Source: Lepidodermella squamata | Taxonomy: Eukaryota > Animalia > Gastrotricha | Length of the DNA: 64,000 nucleotides | Direction of reading: 5' to 3' | Assembly: GCA_047495785.1 (NCBI GenBank) | Contig: JBLDXI010000034.1 | Coordinates: 62,001 to 126,000, forward strand | Shown: positions 24,417 to 37,484 of the stretch, one piece after another | Layout: every line of letters begins with the position of its first letter | Position numbering within the stretch: the stretch's first letter is position 1 | Translations under genes and position numbers: made by a program | Notes under the pieces: model-generated | Seen by the model: the letters and a program-made list of their open reading frames with translations, nothing else | The model's database searches: none | Told to the model about the DNA's origin: nothing

Positions 24417-24790
24417 TTGTTCTTTATTCGGGCTGAAAACTAGAATATCGTCGAAATAAGTGGCGACGATGCGGCCCAGTAAACCAGTCATGCAGAACGT
24501 GAGCAGACGGTTCCAATAGGCCGGGGCGGTTTGAGCACCGAAAGGCATTCTATTCATGGTCCAGGACCCTTGGGATGATCTGAACCCTAAATATTGCTTT
24601 GAATCTTCGGACACTTTCATGTGAAAATAAGCCTGATTTATATCAATAGCTGAGAAAATGCGTGCTTTCGACAATAAATCAAACTGGCTCCAAATTTGCG
24701 GTATTGGGTGTGAGCCGTCATTGACAGTCATGCTATTTAGGCGGCGAAAATCATGGGCTAGGCGCAGTGAACCATCCTTTTTCCTCAGGG
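24417..24790 (-). pseudogene. Ty3/Gypsy reverse transcriptase fragment
   Basis: RKKDGSLRLAHDFRRLN, HPIP, FSAIDINQAYFH, RMPFGAQTAP, YFDDILVFS. Confidence 0.95.
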
Positions 24791-25658
24791 CAAGGGCTAA
24801 GTGACAGTAAATAACAAGTGTGACCTGCAACCTGCAACTCCTGCTTAACCTCGCAGCAATTAATCCCACCTAATCCTATTTAATTCCAATGCGCCATTAA
24901 ATCACCGAGCTAAAGAATTATCTCGACTTTAGACCTCATCTGGGCGGCCTTGAAGAACAGGCTGTCGCTAGTAACTGTCAATAAGAACTGTCAATAAGCT
25001 AGAAACTGTTTGTTAACCAAGGCTTTATGCGAGGCGAGCAGCTGTTGAGCGCGAACGTAAAAAGCAAATACACAGCTCATTTCCAAATTTAGGTGGAAGA
25101 AACACCTATCATACAAATGTTCGTAGAGGACCTTGAGTCTGAAAACATTGATATCGAAGAAATAGATGTATAGTTGGCCCTAGAATTTGAGTAAACTAAT
25201 GAGGGAGTCTTTTAGTGTAAATTATGAATAAAAACAACTCGTTTCGATAGGTTTTGATCAGGTTTAGTAAAAACTGGTTAAAACCGCGGTTTTAACTGAG
25301 TTAAAACCAAAAGTTGGTTAATTCCGAATTAACTTAGGTCAATATACCACACTGTCGCCAAGGCATTTGACGTTTGAAATAGGTGAAATAGGTATTTAAC
25401 TGTATTCTAAATATTCAGTACGCACAAAAAATAAGGTCCCCCTGGTGAAGACCACCTAGTTTCTTGCGACGGTCGCTCAGCCGCCCATATAAAATGTGGC
25501 GACTCTAAAGGTTGGTGCTTGGTGCTGGACAATAAAATCTATTTTACCGAAATGTTGCCTAAAAATATTTTAATATATAAGCTAATTTTCGCGCCATGAT
25601 CGAATGAAACGGCTTATCCGGCCGCCATTGCGGAACCACTGGTAAGTTGAACCTTGGC

Positions 25659-25941
25659 GCGCACGCTGATTGTTCAATCGTTATCGTTGGTTTTTGTTGC
25701 TTATGACTCCGGAATGATACATTTCCGTCGTGCGATCCACTAATAAATTATTTTATATTTATGAAAAAAATAACCTTGCCACACCCTCTGCCCGGTTTCC
25801 ATTGACCACGAGCGTAAACTCCATATTAATTGTGGTAAATTGCTGCGGCAAAAAACACTTGTTGCAAAAATCTTATGGATCGCACGACACAACGTTTCAT
25901 CCGGGACTCATAGTAACGATCGATTGACCAATCAGCGTGCG
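25659..25941. mobile_element. MITE, same family as 53030-53301 (opposite orientation)
   Basis: Inverted ends GCGCACGCTGATTG.TCAATCG and CGATTGACCAATCAGCGTGCGC. The interior matches the reverse complement of 53090-53250. Confidence 0.8.
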
Positions 25942-28471
25942 CATTGGATTGGACTTTTAAGTGGTCACACAATGGCATTCGATTCATGAACTTTTTCGAA
26001 AATCGGTAAAAGAATTGAAGCTTCAACAGATCAGTCAGGACATAAATCTGACTTTTTTGTAACAAATCGTTTCATCATGATCAAAGAGAAGGACTGGAGC
26101 CTGGAGCCTTCAAGTCTGTTTTATTGGCATATTTTTGTCCTCAAATGTGTGATTTGACACTTGTTGGGCGTTGTTTTTCGATTTATTGAAATAAAAAAGC
26201 TGACGAAATGAGGTAATGGCTAATGATGAGAGATTTATGATACCGCCATCCACTTCGAAATTTCATGGCAAAGCTGGCTTTACGCAATAGCAATAATTTA
26301 TCGGATTTATCGTCTGCACAACGCCGAATTTTAGGGGTGAGGTCGACTTTATCGATAAAGTTATGATCCGAACCGTGCTGGATGCATATAAACATCGTTG
26401 ACCATTCGAACAGCTTACAATTACACGAATTATCTCACTGAACTCAGGAAAACCTCTAATATTATTTACGGCAAGAACGGTTACGGTTTTTTCAATATTT
26501 CCATCTGTTCGTTTTGCACTAATATATAGCATTTCCATCATTCATATTCTTCTGTCAGCTTCAAGGTTAACACGAAACACTGTAAATATCATCATTTTTT
26601 GTTGTTGCAAGATTTTGTAGCGCGCACTAAAGATAATTATTGATCATTATCCTTAGTGCATAGTTTTTTTTGATGATAATTCTTATTTTTTATTACATAT
26701 TATGAGATCAATTTAACCAGTAATAAAAAGCACGAGCTGGCAAATGGAGTTGACGTCATACATGCCGCTCTGATACCATCAGAGAATGCTCATTTTCTAA
26801 GCAGATAATAAGCTATATGAGCAAATTAAGCATTCATCACACAACGGTGGCGTCATTGTATTCTCTTTAGTGATGTAGCCGCATTGCCGCAAACTAAGCT
26901 TGGTGCTGGCTTTGCACTAATTCAGTTCGACCAAATGAGATGATATCCTAAGAAATAAAGTAGAAGAGAATAACAAAGATGAAAAAACTCCACGCGGTTT
27001 TGAGCTGTGAGCTGGGCTCCAGCTGTTCGATGAAAAAAGGTAACTGAAATAAACAAAAATCAGAGATTGAAGGATAAGAAGCTGAACTGTAAGAGTAGAC
27101 TTGCCCATTTAGTGTACATTATTCCTCGAAGGCTTGATTTCTTCGACCCATGAGTCAAAGAGGTAAAACAACAATATTTCATTTCAAAACTCCAAACTCC
27201 AAACTGCTATTTGAATAGTCGGAAAAAAATCACAAGTATCATTTTCAGTATGTTAATCACTCTGCGATCGAGTTCGAGGATGGGTGTCGACGTTGCGCTG
27301 CCGGAAACGAGTTCTCACCTGAGTCTATCCGATCTTTTATGTGACCTGAGCGATGCTGGTATAATGTCGGTCTCCTTTGGATCTTCAAATGCTTCACGAT
27401 ATGGTTAAGTGCAGTTGGGATGTTACGGAAAAACTATTTTCCTCTTAAATTCTTCATTCGGTGGAGTCAAAAATGGGTGCGAACGAGTCGGTGTTGCTGA
27501 GCTCACTCTAGCGTCTATTCAAGGCGTTGATTTAAATGTGACTGGCGCGATGTCGCTTATGATGGTTCTACTTATTCTATCACCTTATTCAATTACAACA
27601 ACGACTTTGCCTCGACTTTGACTCTCGATTTCAAATTTCAATGACGAACTTCCTAGTCGCTGTCCTAGTCACCAATCGAACTCACAACTCACAGCTCACA
27701 GGTGAAGCGGAATTCGGCTTCCCGGGGCGAGACTTTGATGTTTGATGTATCACGATGTAATGGGCACATGCACGAATAACCTCTCTCGAAACGCTAATTT
27801 GCGGTTTTTCCTCGCGATGTTTGAACGACTTATCGCTCGTGATTCTTTGAACGGTTTTTGCGTCAACATTTGTAAAAGAAGCGTTTCGAAATGACAAGGA
27901 ATTCGGAGAACGAGAGAGGGCAGCAGTGTTTTCCGTTTGAGACCGATCTCTTAAGAACATGCAACTTTTGTTTGATGGACTTAGCCATTGCATTTTTCAC
28001 GTTTTTCTCCCGAGTCTTTGAGATATTCGAGATTCGAGTACATAATTATATATCAATTATCTGTCAAATTTGTCAAAGGAATTGTTGCCACACGCAACAT
28101 CGCACCGGCGACAACCGGGTTGTGGACAAATAGAATCATTATCCAAGTAGCACGCCAGCTAAATCAAACCAATACATCCAGTTGACTGTCAACAGCTCAT
28201 CTTCAACATATCAACAGCGCCAAAGTTCAAGGTTAAAAACATTTTCCAAGAATATGCGCATATATCATAACAAAGCATTTAATAAGCCTTTGCTTTTAGA
28301 GATAAATATCGCCGTCTTATTGGCGATTGAGCCTAATGAATAGAAGATGACGTCAACAACAGCATATTCCGGCCGGTCAAAGTAATTACGGGTGCATTCC
28401 CGGCCGATGAGCTTTTTGCCCTCAGCCTCGCATCGTACAGGGTGAAAACATTTAAATGCCGAGTGAAGTTA

Positions 28472-29566
28472 CAGTGTGATTCAGAAAGGCCGCCCTAACC
28501 ACGATTAGTATTTTTTCCGCGCATGCCGACTCGAAATTTTTTTTCGCAAACAAATAATAATAGCCAGAATTAAGAGAATAAATCTAAAACAACAGATAAG
28601 ACTGTGATGACAGGGAACAGTTCAGCTTTTGACAGAAGAAGCAAAACTACCATTTCGCATTTTGAAATTCGTTAGCGTTTCGGTATAACTCTCCATTTGA
28701 CGGTAACTCCATCTCGTCATTGTTCTCTAGTTGCGGTAAATAGTTTACCGTAAACGGCACTACACTGCGACACTAAAGCGTAAAATACTCGCGTGCGGTA
28801 AAATTAATTTCTCTGCGGTAATTTAAGCTCATATTATCTTGTAGGAACAGGAGGAATTACAAGCATATTATGGAGGAATAGAAATGGAGTTGGAACTGCG
28901 CTCAGGTTATATGATGGTGTGCGCGCGCAGCCGCTCGCGTACTTACAATACAGCGTGTTACGCAACCGCTGTAGCGCATTGCTGCGAGCCGCAAGCCTCA
29001 AGCTTGGGCCGCAAGTGCTTCTGCGGTAAAAATAACGCCGCGTGCGGTAAAAATTAACTTACGCGGCGCCGTTAGTTTTACCGCACGAGCATTAAGTAAC
29101 CTGGTTTGCGTGCTGCGGTAAAATACTTACCGTCAAATGGAGACTTATACCGAAACGCTAACAAATTCCGAAAAACTACCATGGGAAATTGATAATTAAA
29201 TACGGACTATAACTCTAAAAAGCTAAAACTTTGGGTAAACAAATAAGTGAAATGCATGGGAGCAGTGCTTGCTGTTCTTAAAAGCACTGAAAAAGCTGTG
29301 GAGAAACCTGAAAACAGCTTAAAATATGACCGAAATTTGACTGATTACTGCAAGCTTTTTTTGTTATCTGCCGATCGAATTGATGCTCATGATCGGCGTG
29401 ATTTATGCGATCGTCATGAAAAAACGCCAAGATGAACGATAATATTACGCGTTCATTCATCACAAAAAACTGGAAAAACTGATGAATCCGATCCAATTTT
29501 TTCTACGGCCGTGTCAAACACGTGCCTGTTTATGATGCGCTCGGGCGCCCTTTCTGAATCACACTG
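28472..29566. mobile_element. Tc1/mariner-type non-autonomous element
   Basis: TA|CAGTGTGATTCAGAAAGG ... CCTTTCTGAATCACACTG|TA. Confidence 0.85.
28671..29162. mobile_element. MITE nested inside the Tc1-like element
   Basis: Inverted ends GTTAGCGTTTCGGTATAA.TCTCCATTTGACGGTAA and TTACCGTCAAATGGAGA.TTATACCGAAACGCTAAC, with internal GCGGTAAAA repeats. Confidence 0.75.
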
Positions 29567-30001
29567 TAGAACCTTTCCGGTGCGACTTCAATTTTGTTCC
29601 AATCAGCCATGTAAGTCAGTCACTCTATGTAAATCGTTTATATTTCGGAACGTGTCGAAGACGAATGGAGATGAGTAATCTCATCACGAACTGTTAATCG
29701 TGTTATAACATACTAATGTAACATATTCGCATTAAAAAGTAAGCTCGTTCCATCTCTGTGTTCGGCATAAGAAAAGCTTCATTAAACCTGCTACAAATTC
29801 CCATTATTCTATGCTGATGGAAATGACAACTTTCAGAATATCACGCCTTTATTAAAATCCATTACAATTACATCCGTTATGTCAAATTAGGATAATCGAA
29901 TAAACCAGCGTGAAATAGCATTATTCGATTACTGAGCACTGTGTTGCAGCTGATTCACGTCCCGAGCAGCTATAATAATCGTAGCAGTTTTCGTAGGCAT
30001 T

Positions 30002-30860
30002 TCAGTTCGTGCAAACGTCGATATCCAAATTGTAAATCGGACTGTTGCTCATGGTCGTGGCTATGGTTGTTGATGGGCTGATGAACAGAGCTGAACAGCA
30101 GGTGCGGAACGAAGCGAACGCAAAGGCTGATATCCCTGTTTTCGGTGCGCTCTATGCAATGAAAAATAGCTGGGTTATTTGAAATAATGCCCCTATGTAT
30201 AACGTACACCATCTGCAGCTGAGAGCACCGTGGTGGAACCTCCCGCGGTAGGGTCGCAGGTATGCGGGAAGTTGTAGCACTTTGTTGCAGTTGTAGAAGC
30301 TTTCGCGGCCGTCGTACACGGTTTGTAAGGAGTCGTATCGGCTCCAACAATGCACATAGTTTGCGGCGTCGGCAGCGTTGGCACGATTTGGTAGAAAACG
30401 TTAGTCGATGCACCCGCTCCGCCACAGCAAGCACCGAATGAGTCGTAAGTGGCTGCTGGGCTGGCAGGCTGTGGAATAAATATTTTTGATGAATTTCAGC
30501 CAGCAAGTTGAGATTCAACTGAGGAAATAACCACTCACGGTAGCACCGCCAATCGCCGCGCAGTTAGCTCCTGGGATTGACAGGCAAAACTTCATAGATA
30601 CAGAAACAGGCGCTGGCGAGGTGACCGAGCATAGTGTGAATTGACCCTGTTCGATCATAGAAAAAAATAACTTCAATTCTGAGGCAATCGAGCGTTACAG
30701 TTTGATCGCAAAACTGCACATTTGTGCAGCCACTTTCAGCACAAGTTTGACCCGATATGCAAGTTGACGATGGGCACGGCGTTGGGGCAACAGTCGAAGG
30801 TGGGCAAGCATTGACCGCGACAGTAGCAACAGCTAGCAGGGTGGCTAAAAAAATCGTCAT
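30002..30860 (-). CDS. Secreted Cys/Thr-rich protein, 'ACPPST' family paralogue A (4 exons)
   Basis: MTIFLATLLAVATVAVNA-CPPST..CISGQTC..|GQFTLC..FCLSIPGANC..|..TYDSFGACC..MC..YKPC..CYNFPHTC..|..FAFASFRTCC..YNLDIDVCTN*. Short GT-AG introns. Confidence 0.85.
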
Positions 30861-31351
30861 ACTCGCAGAATTTCGGGGAAAAACTAAAACCTGGCTCGGT
30901 AGTATGGGGCTGCGTTTCATAGCCGAACCCCGCGTCTGTACGACCACAAGCCTCTTTTGACAATCTAAGATAGTAAAATCGAGTTCTTCCAGTCTAAAAA
31001 TTCAAATAAAATCATTCAAATAGAAAATTACCGTAAACATGTAGCTGCAGCTGGTATTTGAAATATTCCTAGAATCGGCGATTTAATGCAAATTCCATTG
31101 TGATGAGTGTTGTTACGCAGAATCGCGAGCCTGTGAGTGATTTGATTTTTAACTTTAATAGAGGGTTTCCCCAATAATATCGGCTATTAAAGTGCATTTC
31201 TACCACTTGTTTACAATTTCTAATAGTTTTATACGATAAATCTGTGTCTTGACATGATTCTAGTTCCGATGGACACGTTGCGTGTTGTAAAATGAGAGCA
31301 ACAGTCAACCGGCCTAAATTTCGCAATTTTCGTTTTCTCGTGGCTACATAC

Positions 31352-32170
31352 ATGCAAGCTGCTGTGGTCCTGCTGGTTGTGTTTTTGGCCGTGGACCTGG
31401 CCTATGCCTGCCCGCCATCGACATCATCCGCTGCTACGTCATGCCCTTCAGTTGTAACTTGCTCGGCTGGAACCTCATGCCAGCAGGTCGCTTGCCCTAA
31501 ATCGGGCTATGCTTGTTCGACGCAGGTAGGAAATCACATGATGGCAGATGGCATGTTATATTGAACGTTTTCAGGGCCAATTCGCGCAATGTACTGTGAG
31601 TACAAATAGCATAGGCCTCCTGGCCACTTTCTGCCTTTCCACTGGCACGTGTTCAGCAATTACAGGCGCAACTGTAAGCTTCGACTTGAGTTGCTGAATT
31701 TCGCTAACTTTTTAAGCATTTAGGCGACTGGAACAACAGCGAACTCTTTCCTGAGCTGTTGTTCGGGTATAAGCCTCGTGACATCGAAGATCCAGTACGT
31801 CCAGCTGACGGTGAGCAGCACGCCAGTGACGATGTGCATGGCGACAAACGACGCTTTTATGTACAGAATGTGTAGCACTGTTGCTGGTGCTACTTCTCTC
31901 CTGAGCGCCTCGTGCGTTCGCTTCCCCAGCTCTTGCGAAAACGGCAAGGTGCAAATAACAACAGCAGTTATTGTGAGTTGACCTTGAGAGTCGATGTGTC
32001 ACTTGTTGTTGATTTGTGTCTTACAGCAAGGTGTCACCTCCTTTGCCTTCAGCAGTTTCCGTGCCTGCTGCATAAAGATTCAAACTGCTACCGGCACAGC
32101 CACAGCGTCCCAGTTCACATCGGTCGATATTCTCGGCGTTACTGTCGACAAATGTGTCGGTGTTCAGTAA
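31352..32170 (+). CDS. Secreted Cys/Thr-rich protein, 'ACPPST' paralogue B (4 exons)
   Basis: MQAAVVLLVVFLAVDLAYA-CPPST..|GQFAQC..FCLSTGTC..|..NSFLSCC..MC..YRMC..CVRFPSSC..|..FAFSSFRACC..VDKCVGVQ*. Confidence 0.87.
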
Positions 32171-32738
32171 CTAATGCAGATAACAAGACTAAATTAAATT
32201 GACTTCAAGACCGCATGTTTTGCCTTGCGGAGTTGGAAGTGGGAAAAGTTCATTGTTTTGACAAATAAAAGGTTTCTATACCAGTTTGGTCGCTTTTGTG
32301 TTTATGAATTAATGTGCATTTTATACACAATGGCAAGCCATGCATCCGAGTAAATTATACCGACAAACTTAACGTAGAGCAATTCCTGAAATTCTTAAAT
32401 CCTGAATTTTTTTAATTTGTTTGCGTACAGCGTGGAAGGAGTTCGAACTTCTACTTTCCATCCTTCTGCTTTGACAGGTTCGATCAAAATATTGGATATT
32501 TTATATTTCAAATTTTTGGAACCAAATTATGATTTACCAGGGCGTTCGCGTGATAATACTCTGAGCGATCTGCTGGGATGAAGCCATTCATGCGATCTGC
32601 GAGCGAACGGTCTTTTGAAAAGGTCTTTTGAAATGTTAACAGCCGCATTTATTAATGTTATAGATACGGCATATCTGTCATATTGCTCATAACTTTCAAC
32701 GAAACCTGCAAACGTGTCGCTTATCTTGCAAAAGTCAA

Positions 32739-33585
32739 TCAAGCATTCTGTTTACATGACTCGATATTAAGGCCTTTATAATTAGCGAGAGCGTAATAGC
32801 CGCCTGCTGCGGGTTGCATTATAGCGGCGCAGCATTGCTGGAAGGTAGCGAACGAATAAGCCGCCGGAACTGCGGCGACATTCTGAAATATCCATAGCAT
32901 GTATAAATCAACAGGAGATTCGTAGTTGAACTTACTGTAGCGGTAAGCGGGGATCCTGATGTGAGACATGCATTGGGTAAGCGGATGCAAATGCCCAATT
33001 TGTTAGCAAGGGAGTATTCGTTGTAACTGCACACCTTGTAGGGCAGGGGATCGCTGGTGCCGTAGCAAATGGTCACGAAAAAGCCTCTATATTGTGTAAC
33101 TCCCGACTGTTCATAGATGATTGTCGACCCAGTAGCAGCACAGCACGATGAGAAGCTATCGAATGTTTGCAAAGGGTTAACGGCCTTCAGATATAAATTC
33201 CATCATTATGCATGAAAACCTAAGAAAAGACCCACATAGGCAGTATTTCCAAACTCGGTGCTGTCGCACGACTGCCCGGCATTACTGTAGCAGAAGTTGA
33301 CAAGCACGTTCAAGGTCGTTTTAAATTGGCACATAGTGTATTGTTTCTATTGAATGCAAACATCTCACGTACTGAAAAATGTTACTGCAGAAGGTAACTG
33401 ACCGCCAAGGCGCAAGCTGTTCCCGGGGAACAAACTGTGGCACCGCAAGACACTCCGGATGGGCATGGAGCTGCAGTCGGGCAGGGCGTCGAAGTGCTCG
33501 ATGTAGATGTGGTACTAGAGGCGGGGCAGGCTACAGCAGCACCCAGAAAATTGACCAAGAGCACAACTGTCGATAGTACAGCCAT
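32739..33585 (-). CDS. Secreted Cys/Thr-rich protein, 'ACPPST' paralogue C (4 exons)
   Basis: MAVLSTVVLLVNFLGAAVA-CPASST..|KQYTMC..FCYSNAGQSC..|..TFDSFSSCC..IC..YKVC..CIRLPNAC..|..YSFATFQQCC..YKGLNIESCKQNA*. Confidence 0.85.
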
Positions 33586-33998
33586 ATTGAAAATAATGCA
33601 AAATAACATTACTAAATCGCTTTATCAGGCAAACCTTTTCCGTCTGAACTATTTCGAAACCACCGTAGCGTCATCATAGGCAACAAATTCGAACTTAATC
33701 AACTTAACATCGAAACTTCTACAAACATGAATGCTCGAATAGATGAGCACTTCGTTTGATTCTCTAAATCGCAGAACGGGTAAATAGTATATTTGAACTT
33801 AATTCCCCCCTTACCGAGTTTTCACGTTGATACGGTAGCTGTCATGTTGTTCTTCTGATTTTATAGGCAGACAATACATGAACTGAAGCGAGAAAAAAGC
33901 ACTGTTATGATTAACAGTCGGATAAGCCATTGACGTGTTCATAAAATTGGTTAGCCATCTGAGGTTTGCGTATTTTCGCTCACCCACCAGCTTGAGTA

Positions 33999-34841
33999 AT
34001 GCGTGCACTTTTGTCATCCCTGCTCATCTCTTACGTAGCTGCCTGTCCTCCGTCAACGACAACAACGCCTTGCCCAACAGGTAGATATACTTACACATTC
34101 TTTTAGAATTCTGCTGAATTCTTCTCCGCAGCATCATGCCCGACCGGCCAGGTCTGCGGTGGTACATCGTGCCCTACCAATCAATATTGCGGCGCAACGG
34201 TTGGCAAATATCTGAAATTTCGGGAATTTCAAAGCCATTCCAATTACAGGGCACTTATTCGCAATGTCAACTAGCAGTAACCAATGGTCAAGTCACGTAT
34301 TGCATGAATAGGCCCGGCGCATCGTGCGGATTGCTAACAGGAGGAGCGGTAGGCTTTCCGTTCAGTTGAAACATTCTACGATTGTTGTTATGTAGACCTT
34401 GGTCGGTTCGACGACTTACACGGCGTTTGACTTGTGCTGTACTGCGTTGGGTTACCAAACTTTGGAATTGCTGCCTCTGAGTCCACCGCTGCAAGTCTGC
34501 ATCGCTACGCCAGACAGTAGTGCTAGTAACATTTACAAAGTCTGCGGAGCGACCGCAACCGGTAGCATTGGCGTGTGCTACCGCTTCCCGTGGACTTGCG
34601 ACTCGACCGCGAAGGTTTTCGCTACATCAACGGTAAGATCAACTAAGTTAGCGTTAATGGTCGATACGAAATGTTCTTTTTTTCATTATAGGCCCCAAAT
34701 GCTCTATCGCCTTCAGGTGGTGTCTATGCTTCATTCACATCTTGCTGCACTGCATTGAGTGCAAGTAGCGGTGCGAAAGCTGCATTTTCAACAACTACGA
34801 TGTATGGCTTCGCCATGGAGAAGTGCGCTCAGACAGCATGA
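33999..34841 (+). CDS. Secreted Cys/Thr-rich protein, 'ACPPST' paralogue D (5 exons)
   Basis: MRALLSSLLISYVAA-CPPSTTTTPCPT|ASCPTGQVC..|GTYSQC..YCMNRPGASC..|..TYTAFDLCC..VC..YKVC..CYRFPWTC..|..YASFTSCC..YGFAMEKCAQTA*. Confidence 0.87.
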
Positions 34842-35258
34842 GCGGTTAGCTAGTTCGGAAGTGCACCGCTGTAACCCTCCATATTAGCGATAAATGTGTT
34901 GTAAAATTTGCGAGAAAATTACTTGAAATTGCAAGTTATGCAAGTTTTGGTGTTACAGTAAAACATAATGACAACTCATCGCTTTAGTGGTTACTGTCTC
35001 TTTCAAAGCAATGTAGCATCGAATATCGTAAGATACGCGCCAAAACCACTTTGATGACTCATTCGATCGTACTTTGCCGAGCCGAACGTAAAGAAGGAGT
35101 ACGTCCGGCTTATTTGAGAAATAATCGTACTCATCGTAATTTGAATTTACGTTCAAGGGTCGAACGTACTTTCCATAAAAAAGCTATACTACTCGATATA
35201 AGCAAGGGGCGGAGTCCACGCGATTGCTCTTATCAAGGGTTGCTCTTATAAAGGGCTG

Positions 35259-36360
35259 TTAACCCTTTCACTGCCGAAGGCTTTCTCCGCAGATAATTCA
35301 TTTTTTTCCGCAGAGAATCGGTTTTCCGCGGAGAATCAAGCCTTTTCATAGGCTATTTGTATTTGCGACGTAAAATCCAATGTTCGACTTTCACGTTTTG
35401 TTTACGTAGCCTTTGTGTAAATACGAAATTTGCGTGATTTTCACGCGAAACAATGCGCTTGTTGCGTAACTCGGTGTCAATTATCAAGCGGCATGTAAAC
35501 GATAATTTCTCGCACCAGGCATTCCGCTGGAACCGAAGACCTATATTTTCGCAAAAATAAAACACAAATTTCATACAATGATTTTATTCAAAAAACAGAG
35601 AGAAGAACTAGCAAAAAACTTGATGAATTTGCACTTGAACAAAAACAGAGGCAGGAAAATAAAAACATAAAAAACACATAAAAATCTTATTGTCCTTTTT
35701 CCAAATAACAAAAAATAAACATAATAACTCAACAAAATAGCTCTCTAATAATACTATGGAACAAGGGGCGCGTGCTAGTAAGATGTATCCATGCTCATCA
35801 TATTGATGGGGCACGTAAGAGACGGAGAGGAAGAGGGCGAGGGTTTTATCAGTTGCAGGGTAGTTATCGAGAGCAGAGTTATCGAGAGAAACACATTACA
35901 GAGAATTGCGGTAAGAGTAAAATGGAGAAAATAAAAGTTTTCTCCAACAGAGATAAAATTATTAACAAAACAAGCCATAAACAGACCATTTCTTTATTTT
36001 TGTTAAAATTATTAGTTCAACAAGAACGTATTTCTTTACTCGGTTTATTGTTAAAGCTACTAACAAAATCAAAGGGCGTTTCATTCATTAAACGTGTTTT
36101 TCGCCCGAAATTACCAACCACTCGTCGAGTCGGTTTTGGAGCAATTTGTTCGCACGCATCAAGACCCAGCCCAACGTAGGCAGAAGAAGAAAATAACTTA
36201 TTTCCCTGCTAATTTTTTCCAAGTTATGCTTGATGATTCATTATGCCAAGCTACAAACCCATTAATTTATGGACTTGCGACTTGCGACATTACAGCAAGC
36301 GACAAACCCGCTGATTTAATAATGTCACTAGTACAATTTTACGGTTCGGGTCGAAGATAG
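35259..36360 (+). mobile_element. Highly deleted piggyBac-like remnant
   Basis: TTAA|CCCTTTCACTGCC terminus at about 35259. Peptide scraps PLVESVLEQFV, VMLDDSL and LIMSLVQFYGSGR resemble piggyBac transposase motifs. Confidence 0.45.
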
Positions 36361-37484
36361 TGCGAAATCGATATTCGGCGACATTTGCGCTGGCGACAGT
36401 CCAGAAAGTGACAGATCAGCCTTGAATTGAAATTTGAAATTTAGCTTCAATACAATTTCGGATCAAATTAATTACATTGATCGCATTATGATAAGTGGGG
36501 CTGAATTGCTTATTTGTCGCCTGCGAAAATTTCGTCAAACAGAGAATCTTTTGTATTGCGTTAAAGTCTGCTTCACCTTTGAGTCTGAAAAATGACATAT
36601 TTGTTTTCATTTGACGTGGCGCTTCACATCGGGCTGATTTGACTCGGCTGAAATTACAGCACTTAAAGCTAAATGCGCAGATTTACAGTATTTTCTGCTG
36701 ATTTCCTATTTGCAAATTATAAAATGTAACCGTTTGAAAAATTATGATTCTCAATACGACTGAAATTTCAGTTGGCCAATGGCCAATTATAAAAGACGAG
36801 GGTCGGTTATAGGCTAATGTCGGCCTACAATTTGATGAAACTAACATTGCTGGAAAGCCCGGGATGTGCTGCGTCCAAATATATGGTCTATAGTTAGGTC
36901 AGAGCTAGTTGAACAGGCGATAAAGTCATCAAAAATGCCATAAAAATGGCATTTTCTGACATTTTGAGCGATTGTTACGGGCACAGCAGACTCGGGTTCC
37001 TAATATATTTTTAGATGAAAATGAGCGTCTCAAGGAGAAGAATCTTATTATGCAAGAAAAATTAGGAAGTCAGGTCTGCTGGGGGTCAAACAGAGAAAAA
37101 ACCGATTTGCGAAAATCATGTTTTTCATTGAAAATTGAAATTTGAGGTTTTCCGAGTCATTTGACCTTGACTTTAATTAATTTTTTTTATTTTTGAATTG
37201 GATTCCAAATAAGCTATATATTTCAGTCTACCTCATAGCATGTTGAAATTAATTAATTTTTTGCTGCAGGAAAACGCTAATGAATTTGATGAGTTTTGAG
37301 TCATGTGACCGGTTTTAACGTCAAATAGTACTAACCTACTAACCGGCCCTCGTTCTTATGACAAGCTGTCGAAATATTACGCAGATTCTATTGACTTCTC
37401 AGGTCGCCAGAGCAATTACATAGCTACCCATTTCTTTATCGATTTAATCTAATAACAAAATCAAAGTGTTTCATTTGATAATCG

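Noticed and set aside
26200-28000. Possible viral or Maverick-type intronless genes on the minus strand
   Set aside because: Frames are broken by many stops and show no hallmark motif.
28730-29130. Regularly recurring GCGGTAAAA motifs suggesting a CRISPR-like array
   Set aside because: Eukaryotic context, short irregular repeats inside a TIR element; these are subterminal repeats.
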